Assembly (NCBI GenBank): GCA_964016885.1
Contig: OZ024760.1
Location: 32,178,001 to 32,242,000 of the forward strand
DNA: 64,000 nt
Direction: 5' to 3'
Origin: Eledone cirrhosa
Lineage: Eukaryota
Part shown: one piece after another, positions 42,268-56,359 of the stretch
Layout: every line of letters starts with the position of its first letter
How positions within the stretch are numbered: position 1 is the stretch's first letter
Position numbers and translations under genes: made by a program
Notes under the pieces: model-generated
The model's database searches: none
What the model was told of the DNA's origin: nothing
Seen by the model: the letters and a program-made list of their open reading frames with translations, nothing else

Positions 42268-42271
<4 letters not shown>
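40415..42271 (-). mobile_element. Neptune-type PLE 3' fragment (GIY-YIG 41586-42015) capped by an inverted copy of its 3' end
   Basis: Nearly identical to 11828-13260. Inverted arms ~40415-40645 / 42017-42247. Confidence 0.88.
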
Positions 42272-42365
<94 letters not shown>

Positions 42366-42416
42366 TGAATAAAATAACAGGAGGCTGGACTGGTGTAAAT
42401 CCTTGGAAAGTTTATT

Positions 42417-42474
42417 ATACTATGATCATTTCAATGACCGGGTTCCGTATGAATCCGGTGATATCATCAGGTAT
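42417..42474 (-). ncRNA. Type I hammerhead ribozyme motif
   Basis: Minus strand: atac CTGATGA tatcaccgg...ccggtcatt GAAA tgatca TA gtat. Palindromic ATGATCAT. Confidence 0.8.
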
Positions 42475-43228
42475 TCGAAATATAACAAAGGAATATATAA
42501 AAATCCATGGGTCCGAAAATCAGAGACAGAGAGGACGACTGACCAACTAGCTGTTTTCACCTCGGTCAGTCGCCCTCAAGTGATGGCTATTCGGTCTACT
42601 AATGACCATCTGGTGAGGGGGCGAAGGCTTATAGTGTACTACCACCTCCCTGTCAAAGAATAAAAAAAGAGAAGAAAGAAAGAAGAAAAGTCAGCGTAAG
42701 GTTCACACTACAGTGAGGCAAGAAAACGCCGCGAAAAATGTTATTCCAAAGACCCTATATTTTAACAAAGGCATATATAATGGGTGTCTGTATGGTCAAA
42801 TGTGTGAACAGAAAATTGGAACGTTAACTTATGTTAAGAGTTAAAGGATGAAATTAAATTAAAAGTTTTAAAAAAAGTTAAAAAAATTAAGAGTTAAAGG
42901 AAATTTTTTAAATAATTAGAAAATTAATAGAAAATTAAAGGTTTGTGTTGCGGGATTTATTTAATGAAACTAGAGAGAGAGTCTTATATGAAAAAGTTTA
43001 AGTGTATTATTGGGAATCCCTATAAGTTATCAAGGTGGGATATAGAGTAAAGATTAAAGCCTTCGAATGTGAATCCCAGCCAGCACCTCCTAACCACGTG
43101 TCAGCCAGTTTCGAGTGGTATCGTCTAGCGAAAGAAATGGAAATTAATTTTTCCGAGTACTCTAGGAACGTGACTGCCATAGGCTCCGGGTGTCCTAGCA
43201 GGAAGTCTACCATCTTCGACAGGCCATC

Positions 43229-43303
<75 letters not shown>

Positions 43304-43333
43304 TATATTATATATATATATATATGTATATAT

Positions 43334-43364
<31 letters not shown>

Positions 43365-43365
43365 A

Positions 43366-43492
43366 TATCATGACTCATGCACTGTTCATTTTCCTGACAT
43401 TTGTACATTACCCTATGTACTATACAAACACTTTTTGATGAGTTGTAGTGCACCTGAGCACTGTACACAATATTTCATTATTATTATTATTA
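43366..43492 (+). repeat. Dispersed repeat ending in (ATT)n, probably a non-LTR 3' end; second copy inverted at ~49537-49660
   Basis: Shared gttgtagtgcacctgagcactgtacacaata..ttcattattattat. Confidence 0.6.
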
Positions 43493-43504
43493 TATATACA
43501 TATA

Positions 43505-44112
43505 TATATGGTGGCTGCCAACTCGTTTTCGAGTACGGCCACTACTTTATATCCATGTAAGAGAACCCCTACCGATGCGCTGAACGAGTGTGACTTTTTA
43601 GTCCAGCCAGCGACTCAAAAACTCTGGTACAAACACTACACCTGTGACAATTATTGACACATAGTGCTGGGCCCATGGTACTCTGTCGACAAGTGCAGAG
43701 AGATCTCCAGATATAAAACAATGCCTGTGCCGTGAAGCTTTTATAGTGAGCAAAGGCACTGCACAAAGCCAGTCCCACTCTCTTAACCAAGATGATATTT
43801 ACCAAAAAGAACAAGTCAACATCATTGGATACCATCAGGGTTGCAGGTGTTATATCAGAGTTTTCCTTCTCCTAGAATTCTGCCTTGACAAAGGCTAAGG
43901 GGTCATCTCTCCCGGTGATTTTGGATGACCATTGACTCTTAAGAGCTCCTTTGCCCTTTGACAGGTTTTGTTTTTAGTCCTGCAGGATGTCCAAAGTCAC
44001 CCTCCTCACCAAGAAACCTTGGTGGGGTTACCAGTTTAGTCGCCAATGACCCGACCATGGGACAGGTTGTACTGGGATACATGTTACCAGTAGCATCAAC
44101 TGGTGACCTGAC
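43505..44112 (-). mobile_element. RTE-related short element ending in a C2H2 zinc-finger coding remnant
   Basis: ORF 43569-43835 ends [22 protein letters not shown], resembling the terminal zinc finger of some RTE ORFs. Partial second copy at 18105. Confidence 0.55.
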
Positions 44113-44113
44113 A

Positions 44114-44842
<729 letters not shown>

Positions 44843-45354
44843 CACACACACATACATATACATGATGGCTGCAAACTCTGCTAAGATTATTGCAATCGTT
44901 TGTCAGATTACAGAGTTGGTTGCACTTTTAGGCTACGGCCAGCCACACGAACCCGTAGCTGAACAAGCAATGCCTGTGCTTTGAAGACCTGTGCTTTTTA
45001 ACTGGGGAAAGGCCGCCAGTTGTTGTCACAACACCTTTCTAAGAGTGGGAAACTCTGAAAAAAAAAACCTGCGGCTTCGGAAGCATATATATATATATGA
45101 AAAAGTTTGACCCCGACGGCAGAGCTCAAGCCATTTCGACGGCTATTTCTGGTCCATCTGGTTCCTTACCACACCTCCTTTATATATATATACACATACA
45201 TACATACATATATATATATACACACACACTCACACACACAGACAAATTATATATATATAGATGTCAACATGAATGGACCTGTTATTTTTATCTAAAGACA
45301 TATTTTCCAATTCCATCCCGCCCGTCCCCTCAATGTATTTTATTTCTCATTCTT

Positions 45355-45390
45355 TCTTCTGATGAAGGACTAACGTCCGAAACGTTAAGA
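45355..45390 (+). ncRNA. Minimal hammerhead ribozyme motif
   Basis: tctt CTGATGA a-ggac-taac-gtcc GAAA cg TT aaga. Classic PLE-type minimal form with palindromic AACGTT. Confidence 0.85.
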
Positions 45391-45480
45391 CCCTCTTCCT
45401 GCTATATCAAGCGTTAACCTAATATATTCCTTCCATATACTGTTCCAATTGTGTTATTTCTGTTTACCCTTTACATATAT

Positions 45481-45645
<165 letters not shown>

Positions 45646-45890
45646 CGCTCTACGTTCCTCTATTAACATAGGTTAGGTAGAAACACCAATGGTGTACACA
45701 ATGAAGAGTGAGTCAACAAAATATTTAATGTGGTGAGATAGAAATTTAATCAATAGAAATTACACCTATAACGTTAGTGACAATTCTTGTCAAGATTGCC
45801 AAGGGAGATTACTCGGAAATTTAAATTGAAGTTTTTGCCCTTGCCATTCTGCTGTAAATACATATACACACTCACACACATGTACTGTGT

Positions 45891-45937
<47 letters not shown>

Positions 45938-46172
45938 CATACATACTCAACATATGCACACGGAGCGTCTCTTCAAACGTAAGCGTTTAAAGGGAGATGA
46001 CTTTTAAATACTATTACTTGTGTATATATAACAAATTATGACAATTTATACACACTAATAGCCTACTATCTTAGCAAACGAGGGAGCCAGCACATGGTAT
46101 CAGGAAATGCTAGAAATAGCAGTCTGTTGTCTTACGTATGAACCAATGATCGAAAGTTCTACATAGTAGTTA

Positions 46173-46379
46173 TATGAGGGTTAGTTGAAAAGTCCATAGG
46201 TGACTATGAAGGAGTGATGCTAGAGCTGTGAAATCTTGCATGCATACATTTCAAATCTTCTTATTAATAACTGCATAGTTTCTTTCCAGGGACTATGTTG
46301 GAAAATAAACCTCATTTGGTCGTTCCATGAGAGTATCTTGGTCATAGGCTGACTATGAACTTTTCAGGTGACCGTCGTG
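46173..46379 (+). mobile_element. Mariner-type MITE, ~205 bp
   Basis: Imperfect TIRs tatgagggttagttgaaaagtccatag / ctatgaacttttcaggtgaccgtcgt. Second copy at 47446. Confidence 0.7.
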
Positions 46380-46711
46380 CATGTTAGAAATACCAGCCAA
46401 GTGTCCCTCCAATTCCACCCTTCTGTCTGTTGCGTTGATACAACAACCAGATATGGCTGATCATTCATAATAAATCAGTTATGTATCATCATTTTTACAT
46501 CTAGTGGTACTGGTGTCATGATAAAATACACCCAGTACACTCTGTAAACTGGTAGTGCTGGTGCTATGATAAAATACACCCAGTACACTCTGTAAATTGT
46601 CATGTTGCTAGAAGTGATGGAGAAGGATAAGAGTGGCTCTATCCCCTTTTTATTTTTTAAATATATTATAGCTTACATTCCCATGGCCTTCAAACTTTAT
46701 ACACACACCAA

Positions 46712-47050
46712 ATAAATATACACCCCAATCCACTACCCTATCCTCCCACTCCCACCAACAACACGAGATAATGAGATCGAGATTGTGTAGGTGTCACGAC
46801 AAAAAACACACACAGTCCACGCTGTAATGTGGCCGTGTAGGTAACACGGTAAAAAGTTCCCAGTTCCACACTGTAAATGTGGTTGGTGTTAGGAAGGGCA
46901 TCCAGCCGTAGAAAACCTGCCAGATAGTCCTATATGAGCAAGACACGGTCACCCGACCAGCCTTGCCTCAAATGGAACAACTCCCGTCTAACCCATGCTA
47001 GCGTGGAAAATGGACGTTAAACGAAGATGATGATGATGATGATGATGATA
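46712..47050 (+). mobile_element. RTE 3' UTR fragment with (GAT)n tail
   Basis: Near-identical to ~773-1098. Confidence 0.88.
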
Positions 47051-47197
47051 TATAAGTAGAAGGGGGTATTTAATTTGTTGGAAATCTGACAAATATAAAT
47101 ATAAATGTTTATAACTGATTTAGAGCACTCAACAAGTTCCTGGAGTAAATATTCAATGATATTATATAAATGGAAACTATATTTATAAAACCATATT

Positions 47198-47260
47198 TAT
47201 TTTATTATATATATTTCAAGGGTACCAAAAGACTTTGGTACGCTTTCTTCAGATAAAATA
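47198..47260 (-). ncRNA. Type I hammerhead ribozyme motif
   Basis: Minus strand: tattttat CTGAAGA aagcgtaccaaag-tc-ttttggtaccctt GAAA tatata TA ataaaata. Lies within inverted arms 47154-47219 / 47334-47399. Confidence 0.85.
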
Positions 47261-47399
47261 CAAAATTTGTTTTATAAATAGAGACATACCCAGGAAAATC
47301 ATACCTTATCGGTTGGATATTCTCTGGATAGTATTGAAATATATATAATAAAATAAATATGGTTTTATAAATATAGTTTCCATTTATTTAATATCATTG

Positions 47400-47434
<35 letters not shown>

Positions 47435-47445
47435 GGAAGTGTTGG

Positions 47446-47649
47446 TATAAAAGGTCGGCTGAAAACTTCATAATCTGACCAAGATACTCTCATGGAATGA
47501 CCAAATGAGGTTTATTTTTCAACATCATCCCTGGAAAGAAACAATACAGTTATTAATAAGAGGAGTTGAAATTAATGCATGTAAGATTTCACAGCTCTAG
47601 CATCACTTTTTCATAGTCAGCCTATGGATTTTTCAGCACACTCTTCATA
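47446..47649 (-). mobile_element. Mariner-type MITE, second copy (inverted)
   Basis: Reverse-complement similarity to 46173-46379, TA at both ends. Confidence 0.7.
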
Positions 47650-47836
47650 TAACACGCTCTCTCTTTATTATATTTTACAGTCTATCTTGACGTTTATCTT
47701 GACGTCCAATATTTGTGGTTTTTCACTGTCCTCGAGTGCTCTAAGACAGTAACCCCCATAAATATTGGGGCACAACTGTGGTTACCCCCCCCCCCCCCCC
47801 GATTGAACACAGGATAAACTTATATATATATATATA

Positions 47837-48115
47837 TCATCATCATTTTACGTCCACTTTTCCCTGCTTGCAAGGGTGGGATGGGAACTGATTCTGGTTG
47901 ATTTCTACAGCTGGATGCCCTTCCTAACACCAACCTCATTTACAGTGAGTGCTGGGTGCTTTTTTGCCGTGGCACCTCCAGGACCACTTTACAGTGGAAT
48001 GATAAGGACCCCAGTCCTATCATCTCATTTCTACAGCTGAGTAAACTGGAGCAATGTGAAATAAAGTGTCTTGCTCAATGAAACAACACATCACCCGGTC
48101 TGAGAATTGAACTCA
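47837..48115 (-). mobile_element. tRNA-derived SINE (same family as 14100-14386), head truncated, (GAT)n tail
   Basis: Co-linear similarity with 14100-14340. Confidence 0.8.
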
Positions 48116-48132
48116 TTTCTCAGCCCGGGTGA

Positions 48133-48187
<55 letters not shown>

Positions 48188-48519
48188 CATATATATAAAA
48201 CCAAAATTAAATGAAGGATGTCATGTCTGAGAAACATGTCCCATATTCTCTGTAGAATAAACTCAAAGATTCTAAGGGATAAATGCAAGCATTTATTAGC
48301 ATTCATTGCGGATTAATAGTGAAATGTATTTCTTTAATGAAATATATACAAAGGAGATTAATTATTATTGTAAGGTATCTATATTTGAGGCTCTCATTAA
48401 ATTTTAATATGTTACCTATGTAGATATGTGTGTTTACGCTCTTTACAAATTATTCCCTGGGATTGTTTGACGTGTTTATTATATATATATATATGTGTCA
48501 ATCAATTTTTAATTGAATG

Positions 48520-48585
<66 letters not shown>

Positions 48586-48625
48586 GATATTAAACAAATG
48601 GAAACTATATTTATAAAACCATATT

Positions 48626-48691
48626 TATTTCATTATACATATTTCAGGGATACCATATTAAAAATATGGCATGCCTTCTTCAGATAAAATA
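48626..48691 (-). ncRNA. Hammerhead ribozyme motif
   Basis: Reverse complement of 49091-49156. Confidence 0.82.
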
Positions 48692-48832
48692 CAATATATA
48701 AGCAGTTTTATAAATAAATTTGACGTACCATAAAATATTGATCAACTTCCATTTAAAAAAATTTATTTATAAATTTATTTATAAATTTATTTATAAATTT
48801 ATTTATAAATTATTTATAAATTTATTTATAAA

Positions 48833-48898
48833 TTTATTATATGGCATATTTCAGGGATGCCATATTGGAAATGTGGCATGCCTTCTTCAGATAAAATA
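48833..48898 (-). ncRNA. Hammerhead ribozyme motif (diverged tandem copy)
   Basis: Minus strand: tattttat CTGAAGA aggcatgccac..atggcatccct GAAA tat-gcc-ata TA ataaa. Confidence 0.75.
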
Positions 48899-49090
48899 CA
48901 ATATATAAGCAGTTTTATAAATAAATTTATAAATAAATTTATAAATAATTTATAAATAAATTTATAAATAAATTTATAAATAAATTTATAAATAAATTTA
49001 TAAATAAATTTATAAATAAATTTTTTTAAATGGAAGTTGATCAATATTTTATGGTACGTCAAATTTATTTATAAAACTGCTTATATATTG

Positions 49091-49156
49091 TATTTTATCT
49101 GAAGAAGGCATGCCATATTTTTAATATGGTATCCCTGAAATATGTATAATGAAATA
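49091..49156 (+). ncRNA. Hammerhead ribozyme motif
   Basis: tattttat CTGAAGA aggcatgccatatt-ttt-aatatggtatccct GAAA tatgta TA atgaaata. Confidence 0.82.
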
Positions 49157-49363
49157 AATATGGTTTTATAAATATAGTTTCCATTTGTTTAATATCGTAT
49201 ATCTACTCCAAAACTTGTTGAGTACTTTATATCAGTTATAAAATATTTATTCGTTGTAACCCATCAATTTTAAATAAAACTTTTGCATATATATATATAT
49301 ATATATATTTATATGTTTAGATTAGAAGGTGAACAACACAAAATATAACTACTCCATTACCAT

Positions 49364-49430
49364 CTCTGTCTGATGAACGATCCAGACATATATTAATATT
49401 GTCTGGGACCAGAAACCTTTGGTAATGGAG
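49364..49430 (+). ncRNA. Hammerhead ribozyme motif
   Basis: ctctgt CTGATGA acgat-ccagaca..tgtctgg-gacca GAAA cc-ttt-gg TA atggag. Inverted arms 49327-49362 / 49420-49455. Confidence 0.7.
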
Positions 49431-49849
49431 TAGTTATATTTTGTGTTGTTCACCTATTTAAATAGCTCTGTTCTATACATAGAGGACTCTTTTTTCCTTT
49501 GCTTTTCCTTTGGAATTACCTAACATATATATATATAATAATAATAATGAAATTATTGTGTACAGTGCTCAGGTGCACTACAACTCATCAAAGGTGCATG
49601 TATAGTACATAGAATAATGTACAAATGTCAGGAAAATGAACAGTGTACGAGTCATGATACAATAACAATAACAATAATGAAATATAAAAGACCATCTGTA
49701 GACAAGTTCACATTCCTTTTACAGTCGGTCTTCAAGTCAAATTTTCTTTTTCAGTTTCCTTTTTTCCTCTTTTCAACCTAGTATTCTCTTTTCCCTATCT
49801 TCCATGATAAGTATGGGTTCTACATGATCCTGTTATGTAATTCTGTCAA

Positions 49850-49926
49850 AGTTACCTGATGAGACTGTCCTGTCTTGTATCATATTTGTATGATGGAGCT
49901 GGGCCATAGAAATATGTTTAGTGATT
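49850..49926 (+). ncRNA. Degenerate hammerhead motif
   Basis: agttac CTGATGA...GAAA tatgtt TA gtgatt. Stems II and III are imperfect. Confidence 0.45.
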
Positions 49927-50135
49927 GCATGGAATTAAAATTTACGGCATATCATCCAGTAAAGCCTTCTGTCGTTGTTTTAAATATATATATACATATA
50001 TATAAGCAAAGGGATATTTAATTTGTTGGTAATTCAACAAATATATATATTTATAACTGATTCCACTATCCAGGTAAAACTTGAACTGTTAAGATCTCCT
50101 TCCTGGCTATGTCAATATTTATAAAACAAACTTTG

Positions 50136-50196
50136 TATTTTATCTGATGAGAGCGTACCAAAGTTTTGGTACCCTTGAAATATACATAATAGAATA
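50136..50196 (+). ncRNA. Hammerhead ribozyme motif (family of 47198)
   Basis: tattttat CTGATGA gagcgtaccaaa-gt-tttggtaccctt GAAA tataca TA atagaata. Confidence 0.8.
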
Positions 50197-50237
50197 AATA
50201 TGGTTTTATAAATATAGTTTCCATTTATGAATATCAT

Positions 50238-50339
<102 letters not shown>

Positions 50340-50734
50340 ATCATATATAGGTAGATGTATATGTCAGTGTGTCTAATACTTCCACACTGACAGAGGTGAA
50401 TCTCCAGCTAGGCAGATACAGTGTTAAGTTAGCAACAGCAGGTGTGAAGGTGTGGGTGTATGGTGGTGGGTGGGGTGGCACCAGTGTGTTGTAACTTGTC
50501 ACCACTATAACACAGTGTCGTTGTCAAAGACAGATACATAACTCTCAAGTGGCTCAGTTTACTTGGCTGTAAATAGCTACCAAACCATATGAAACATTCT
50601 CGTGTAAACAGTGGCAGCATTCTAAAATAACAAGTGTTTTACTGGTGGTTGATGTTAGATTCAGCTCCTCTTTGGAGTATACCTTTGAAAGGTTGACACA
50701 CAATCATGCACACACACACACACATATACATACA

Positions 50735-50777
<43 letters not shown>

Positions 50778-50813
50778 ACACACATACATACACACACACA
50801 CACACACATACAC

Positions 50814-50853
<40 letters not shown>

Positions 50854-50865
50854 ATATATATATTA

Positions 50866-51062
50866 TCATCATCGTTTAATGTCCATTTTACAATTCTAGC
50901 ATGGGTTAGATAGGTTGTCACATCATGAGACAAGTCAGGTCTGGAGACCATGTCTTGCTCATACAGATCTCTATTTTGGCTTGGTTACTACCACTGGATG
51001 TCCTTCCTAATACCAACCACTTTACAGGGTGGACTGGGTGCATTTTGTCACGTCACCAGCAT
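50866..51062 (-). mobile_element. RTE/SINE 3' tail fragment; shorter ones at ~51770-51915 (-), ~52214-52246 (+) and ~55639-55678 (+)
   Basis: (CAT)n start, gcatgggttaga, ctggatgtccttcctaatacc motif shared with the RTE UTRs. Confidence 0.7.
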
Positions 51063-52644
51063 GACCAGCTTTACATATATGTATATGTTATATATATATA
51101 ACATTATATAGTGCAGTTTAACAAATGAAGAGGAGAGCTGCGTGCATGACAGATAATATTTCAGAATTGGAAACAGGTACACAAATCTGCGGTCATCAGC
51201 CATTGAAATGTCCATTTGACCGCGGATGCCCACAGAAATTTTATACCTGTTGCTAATTTAGAGATGGAGAGAGAGGAGGGGGGAGTGAGAGAGAGAGAGA
51301 GAAAGAAGAAGAGAGAGGGGTAGTAAGAGAGAGAGAAAGATAAAGATATTTTATCATTTGCAAGGGAGAGTTTATCATTTTGCATTGAGAGTTTAAAGTG
51401 TCAACTGTGGTTGACAGACTGTGAAAGTCTGCTACAACAATGTTTTCGAAGTTTCAATGTCAAACAATTTTCTTTCAAACTGAAACCTACACACAACTTA
51501 CCTGTATTGAGTGCTCATTCAATAACTGAAGTTCCTTTTGAGGGTGTTGGATCATGAGAACCAAGCAAGGGAGAAAACTCCTATATTCTAAATGGATACA
51601 TATTTTTTTTTGGGGGGGGGGGGGGGGAGACTTTTTTTTTCAGACAATGTGGTTGGAGTGGACCTTGTTTTTGACACCAACTGTGTAGAAATAACAGGCA
51701 TGTTTCTATCCTGTTAGATCTTCTCAATGAAACATGCATTTAGAATGTTAACTTGACCAGAACAATCAAATCATCATCATCATCATTGTTCAACGTCCAT
51801 CTTCCACACTAGCATGGGTTAGACGGTTTTGTCCATTTGATGCGGGAATGGTCGGGAGACTGTGTCTCGCTCGCACGGAAGCGTCTCTGGCAGGTTTTTT
51901 ACAGCTGGATGCCCTTCACCATGTCTATAATAACGTACGGTATGTTTACGACTCAACATTTGAAAGTCTTAGCTATGAATTTTAAAATCGTAGCTAAATA
52001 TTTTCAAATGTTTATTTGCGAACACATTGTATATTATTCAATATACAGATTTTACAACATGTATGTATACAGCTATATTGAAGCGAACACCTTCATTTTA
52101 TATATACATATGTATGTATGGACCTGTAGCTGCTGAGGGCATCATATGGGTACCATATTGACATTCAGAATGTCTAGGGCATTTTAAAACCCAGCAGAGC
52201 CCATTTCCTCTCTAACGTGGAAGATGGACGTTAAATGATGATGATGTATATATTTATAATATGGGGTTAACCGAACAGGATGTGTGGACTACATATGGTC
52301 GGTTGTGAAGCAGATAAAAAGAAGTGTTTAACGTCCTGTATAAATGGTACAAGACAGAGTATATTAAAGATCTAAGGCCATATTCATGTTAGTTCAGGTT
52401 TATTTAAAATCCATTGAGGACTGCCAGTTACGATAGAGTTCTTCAGATGGTAAAACCTATAAAAACAGTGAACGTTCCTAGGTTTTTTTTTAGGAACTTT
52501 CACTGTTCTACCCCCAGTTCATGACTGGTACTTCACTATAGAAGAATGTTAATCTAAGTCATATTCCCCTACCATCATTAACAACAACAACAACATACAG
52601 GAAATAGCATTATTTTAAAACATAATAATAATAACAATAATAAA

Positions 52645-52947
52645 ATGATGATGATGATGGTGTAGGTGATGGTGGTGGTGTTGGTGATGGTGGTGGTGTT
52701 GGTGATGATAGTGGTGTTGGTGGTGGTGATGGTGATGGTGGTGGTGTTGGTGTTGGTGATGATGGTGGTGTTGGTGATGGTGGTGGTGTTGATGATGGTG
52801 GTGTTGGTGATGATGTTGGTGTTGGTGATGGAGGTGGTGTTGATGGTAGTGATGATGTTGGTGTTGGTGGTAGTGGTGGTCATGTTGATGGCGTTGGTAG
52901 TCAGGTGGTGGTGGTGTTGGTGGTGGTGGTGTTGGTAGTTCAGGTGA
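52645..52947. repeat. (GGT/GAT/GTT)n trinucleotide-type low-complexity tract
   Basis: Direct reading. Confidence 0.9.
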
Positions 52948-53357
52948 TGGTGATAGTGGTGGTGCCATAACTTCTGTTACTAATTAAACAGAGCTTCAGA
53001 CATCATTCCAAGAATCAGGGGTGGAAGAAAATGTAAAAAAAAAAAATAGCACGACCCGCCTCCACTCTTCCATAATTATATATGTGTATAATATTATATA
53101 ATATATATATAGTATATATATATAAATGTGTGTATTATATATATAATAAATGCGTGTGTGTGTATATACACATATATATATCCATGCAGTGAAAAGTAAG
53201 TTGTCCTGTCTGAAGCAGAGAAGTTACCAACATACAAAAGAAGAGAGAGAGAGGAAATAAAATAGATGAAAGACTTACCTGATAAGATGTAACCTTTCCT
53301 TTTACAGGTGAGAGAATAACTTTTACTTTACTTTCTCAACCTTACCTTCTTCCTCTT

Positions 53358-55926
53358 ACTACTACCACCATCACTACTACCACCATCACTACTACCACCA
53401 TCACTACTATCACCATCCACCTACCACCCATCACTACCACCATCACTACTACCACCATACTACCACCACACTACCACCCCAAAACTACCACCATCACTAC
53501 TACCACCATCACTACTACACCACACACCACCATCACGACCCACCATCACTACTACCACCACACAACCATCACAACTATCACCATCACTCCACCACACTAC
53601 TACCCATCACACCACACACTACTACCACCATCACTACCACCATCACTACACCACCATCACTACCACCATCACTACCACCACTATACTACCACCATCACTA
53701 CCATCCCATCCTACCCCATCACTACCAACCCCCCATCACTACCCACCATCACCACACCCCTACTACCAACCACCATCACTACCACCACCACTACCACCAT
53801 CACTACTACCACCAACACTACCACCATCACTACCACCATCACTACCCACCCACACTACTACCACCATCACTACTACCACCATCACAACCACCCCACCACT
53901 ACCACCATCACACTACCACCAACCACTACCCCATCACTACCCACCACACTACTACCACCATCATACACCATCACTACCACCATCACTACCACCATCACTA
54001 CTACCACCATCACTCTACCACCATCACTACCAACCACCCACTCCACCATCCCTACCCACACACCGACACATCACTACTACCACCATCACTACCATCAGCA
54101 CTACTAACACCATCACTACCACCACACTACTACCACCATCACTACCACCATCACTACACCACCATCACTAACACACCATCACTACCACCATCACTACTAC
54201 CACCATCACTACCACCATCACTACCACCATCACTACCACCATCACTACTACCACCATCACTACCATCATCACTACTATCACCATCACTACCACCATCACT
54301 ACTACCACCATCACTACCATCACCATCACTACCACCATCACTACCATCACCATCACTACCACCATCACTACCACCATCACTACCACCATCACTACCACCA
54401 TCACTACTACCACCATCACTACTACCACCATCACTACTACCATCACTACCACCATCACTACCACCATCACTACCACCATCACTACCACCACTATACTACC
54501 ACCATCACTACCACCATCACTACTACCACCATCACTACTACCATCACTACCACCATCACTACCACCATCACTACCACCATCACTACCACCATCACTACCA
54601 CCACTATACTACCACCATCACTACTACCACCATCACTACCACCATCACTACCACCATCACTACCACCATCACTACCACCATCACTACTGCCATCACTACT
54701 ACCACCATCACTACTACCATCACTACTACCACCATCACTACCACCATCACTACCACCACTATACTACCACCATCACTACCACCACTATACTACCACCATC
54801 ACTACTACCACCATCACTACTACCATCACTACTACCACTATACTACCACCATCACTACCACCATCACTACCACCACTATACTACCACCATCACTACCACC
54901 ACTATACTACCACCATCACTACTACCGCCATCACTACTACCATCACTACTACCACTATACTACCACCATCACTACCACCATCACTACCACCACTATACTA
55001 CCACCATCGCTACCACCACTATACTACCACCATCACTACTACCACCATCACTACCACCATCACTACCACCATCACTACCACCATCACTACCACCACTATA
55101 CTACCACCATCACTACTACTACCATCACTACCACCATCACTACCACCATCACTACCACCATCACTACTACCACCATCTCTACCACCATCACTACCACCAT
55201 CACTACCACCATCACTACTACCACCATCACTACCACCATCACTACCACCATCACTACCACCATCACTACCACCATCACTACTACCACCATCACTACTAAC
55301 ATCACTACCACCATCACTACTACCACCATCACTACCACCATCACTACTACCACCATCACTACCACCACTATACTACCACCATCACTACCACCATCACTAC
55401 TACCACCATCACTACTGCCATCACTACTACCACCATCACTACCACCATCACTACTACCATCACTACTACCACCATCACTACCACCATCACTACCACCACT
55501 ATACTACCACCATCACTACCACCATCACTACTACCACCATCACTACTGCCATCACTACTACCACCATCACTACCACCACCACTACCACCACTATACTACC
55601 ACTACTAGCAGTAGTACTACTACTATTACTACTACTAAACCCATGCGTGGAAGATAGACGTTAAACGACGATGATGACTACTACTACTAATACTACTAGT
55701 AGTAGTAATACTACTACCACCACCACCTACTACCACTACTACCACCACCACCACCTAATACCACTACTACCAATACCACCTACAACCACTACTACCACCA
55801 CCACCACCTAATACCACTACTACCAATACCACCTACTACCACTACTACCACCACCACCACCACCTACTACCACTACTATTACCACCACCACCTTTTACCA
55901 CCACCACCTACTACTACTACTACTAC
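53358..55926. repeat. Minisatellite of 12/15-bp units CACCATCACTAC(TAC), grading into (TAC/CAC)n
   Basis: Direct reading. Confidence 0.95.
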
Positions 55927-56094
55927 TTCCTCTTCTCATTCACTTTTAATGCTTCTTTTTCTTCCTATTAACTCCCCCCCCTCCTGCTCTCTCTGCTCAT
56001 CCTGTCTGTTTCACCCCCCCCCCCCCCCCCTGTCTCTCACTCTCCCTCTCTCTCACTCACTCTCACTCTCTCTCTCTCACACTCACTCACTCAC

Positions 56095-56133
<39 letters not shown>

Positions 56134-56359
56134 CTCTCTCTCTCTGAAAAATATTTTCACTCCTTCACTTCTTCATTATCTTCCCCTTCTCTCTCTATTT
56201 TCCTCCACCCCCCCCCTCTTCATATAATTCTTCAGTCTTTTCTTTTCTTTTGTTTCCTCATCTTTTTTCCTCTTGTTCTTCTTGTTGTTGTTAATGAGTG
56301 GAGGAAGAAAAATGGAAGGTCAGTACACACAACCTTAGTAGGGGGGAGGTGGGTAGGGT

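Larger units (their letters stand above)
48581..49201. repeat. ~620-bp quasi-palindrome with three hammerheads and a 12-bp (TTTATAAATTTA)n minisatellite
   Basis: Ends tatacgatattaaacaaatgg / ccatttgtttaatatcgtata. Mirrored ORFs 48720 + / 48826 -. Confidence 0.9.

Noticed and set aside
51145-51205. Minus-strand CTGATGA...GAAA
   Set aside because: Stems I and II do not pair convincingly.
52578-55368. His/Gln-rich, Thr-rich and MVVV ORFs
   Set aside because: Products of trinucleotide-based repeats, with no domain or splice support.
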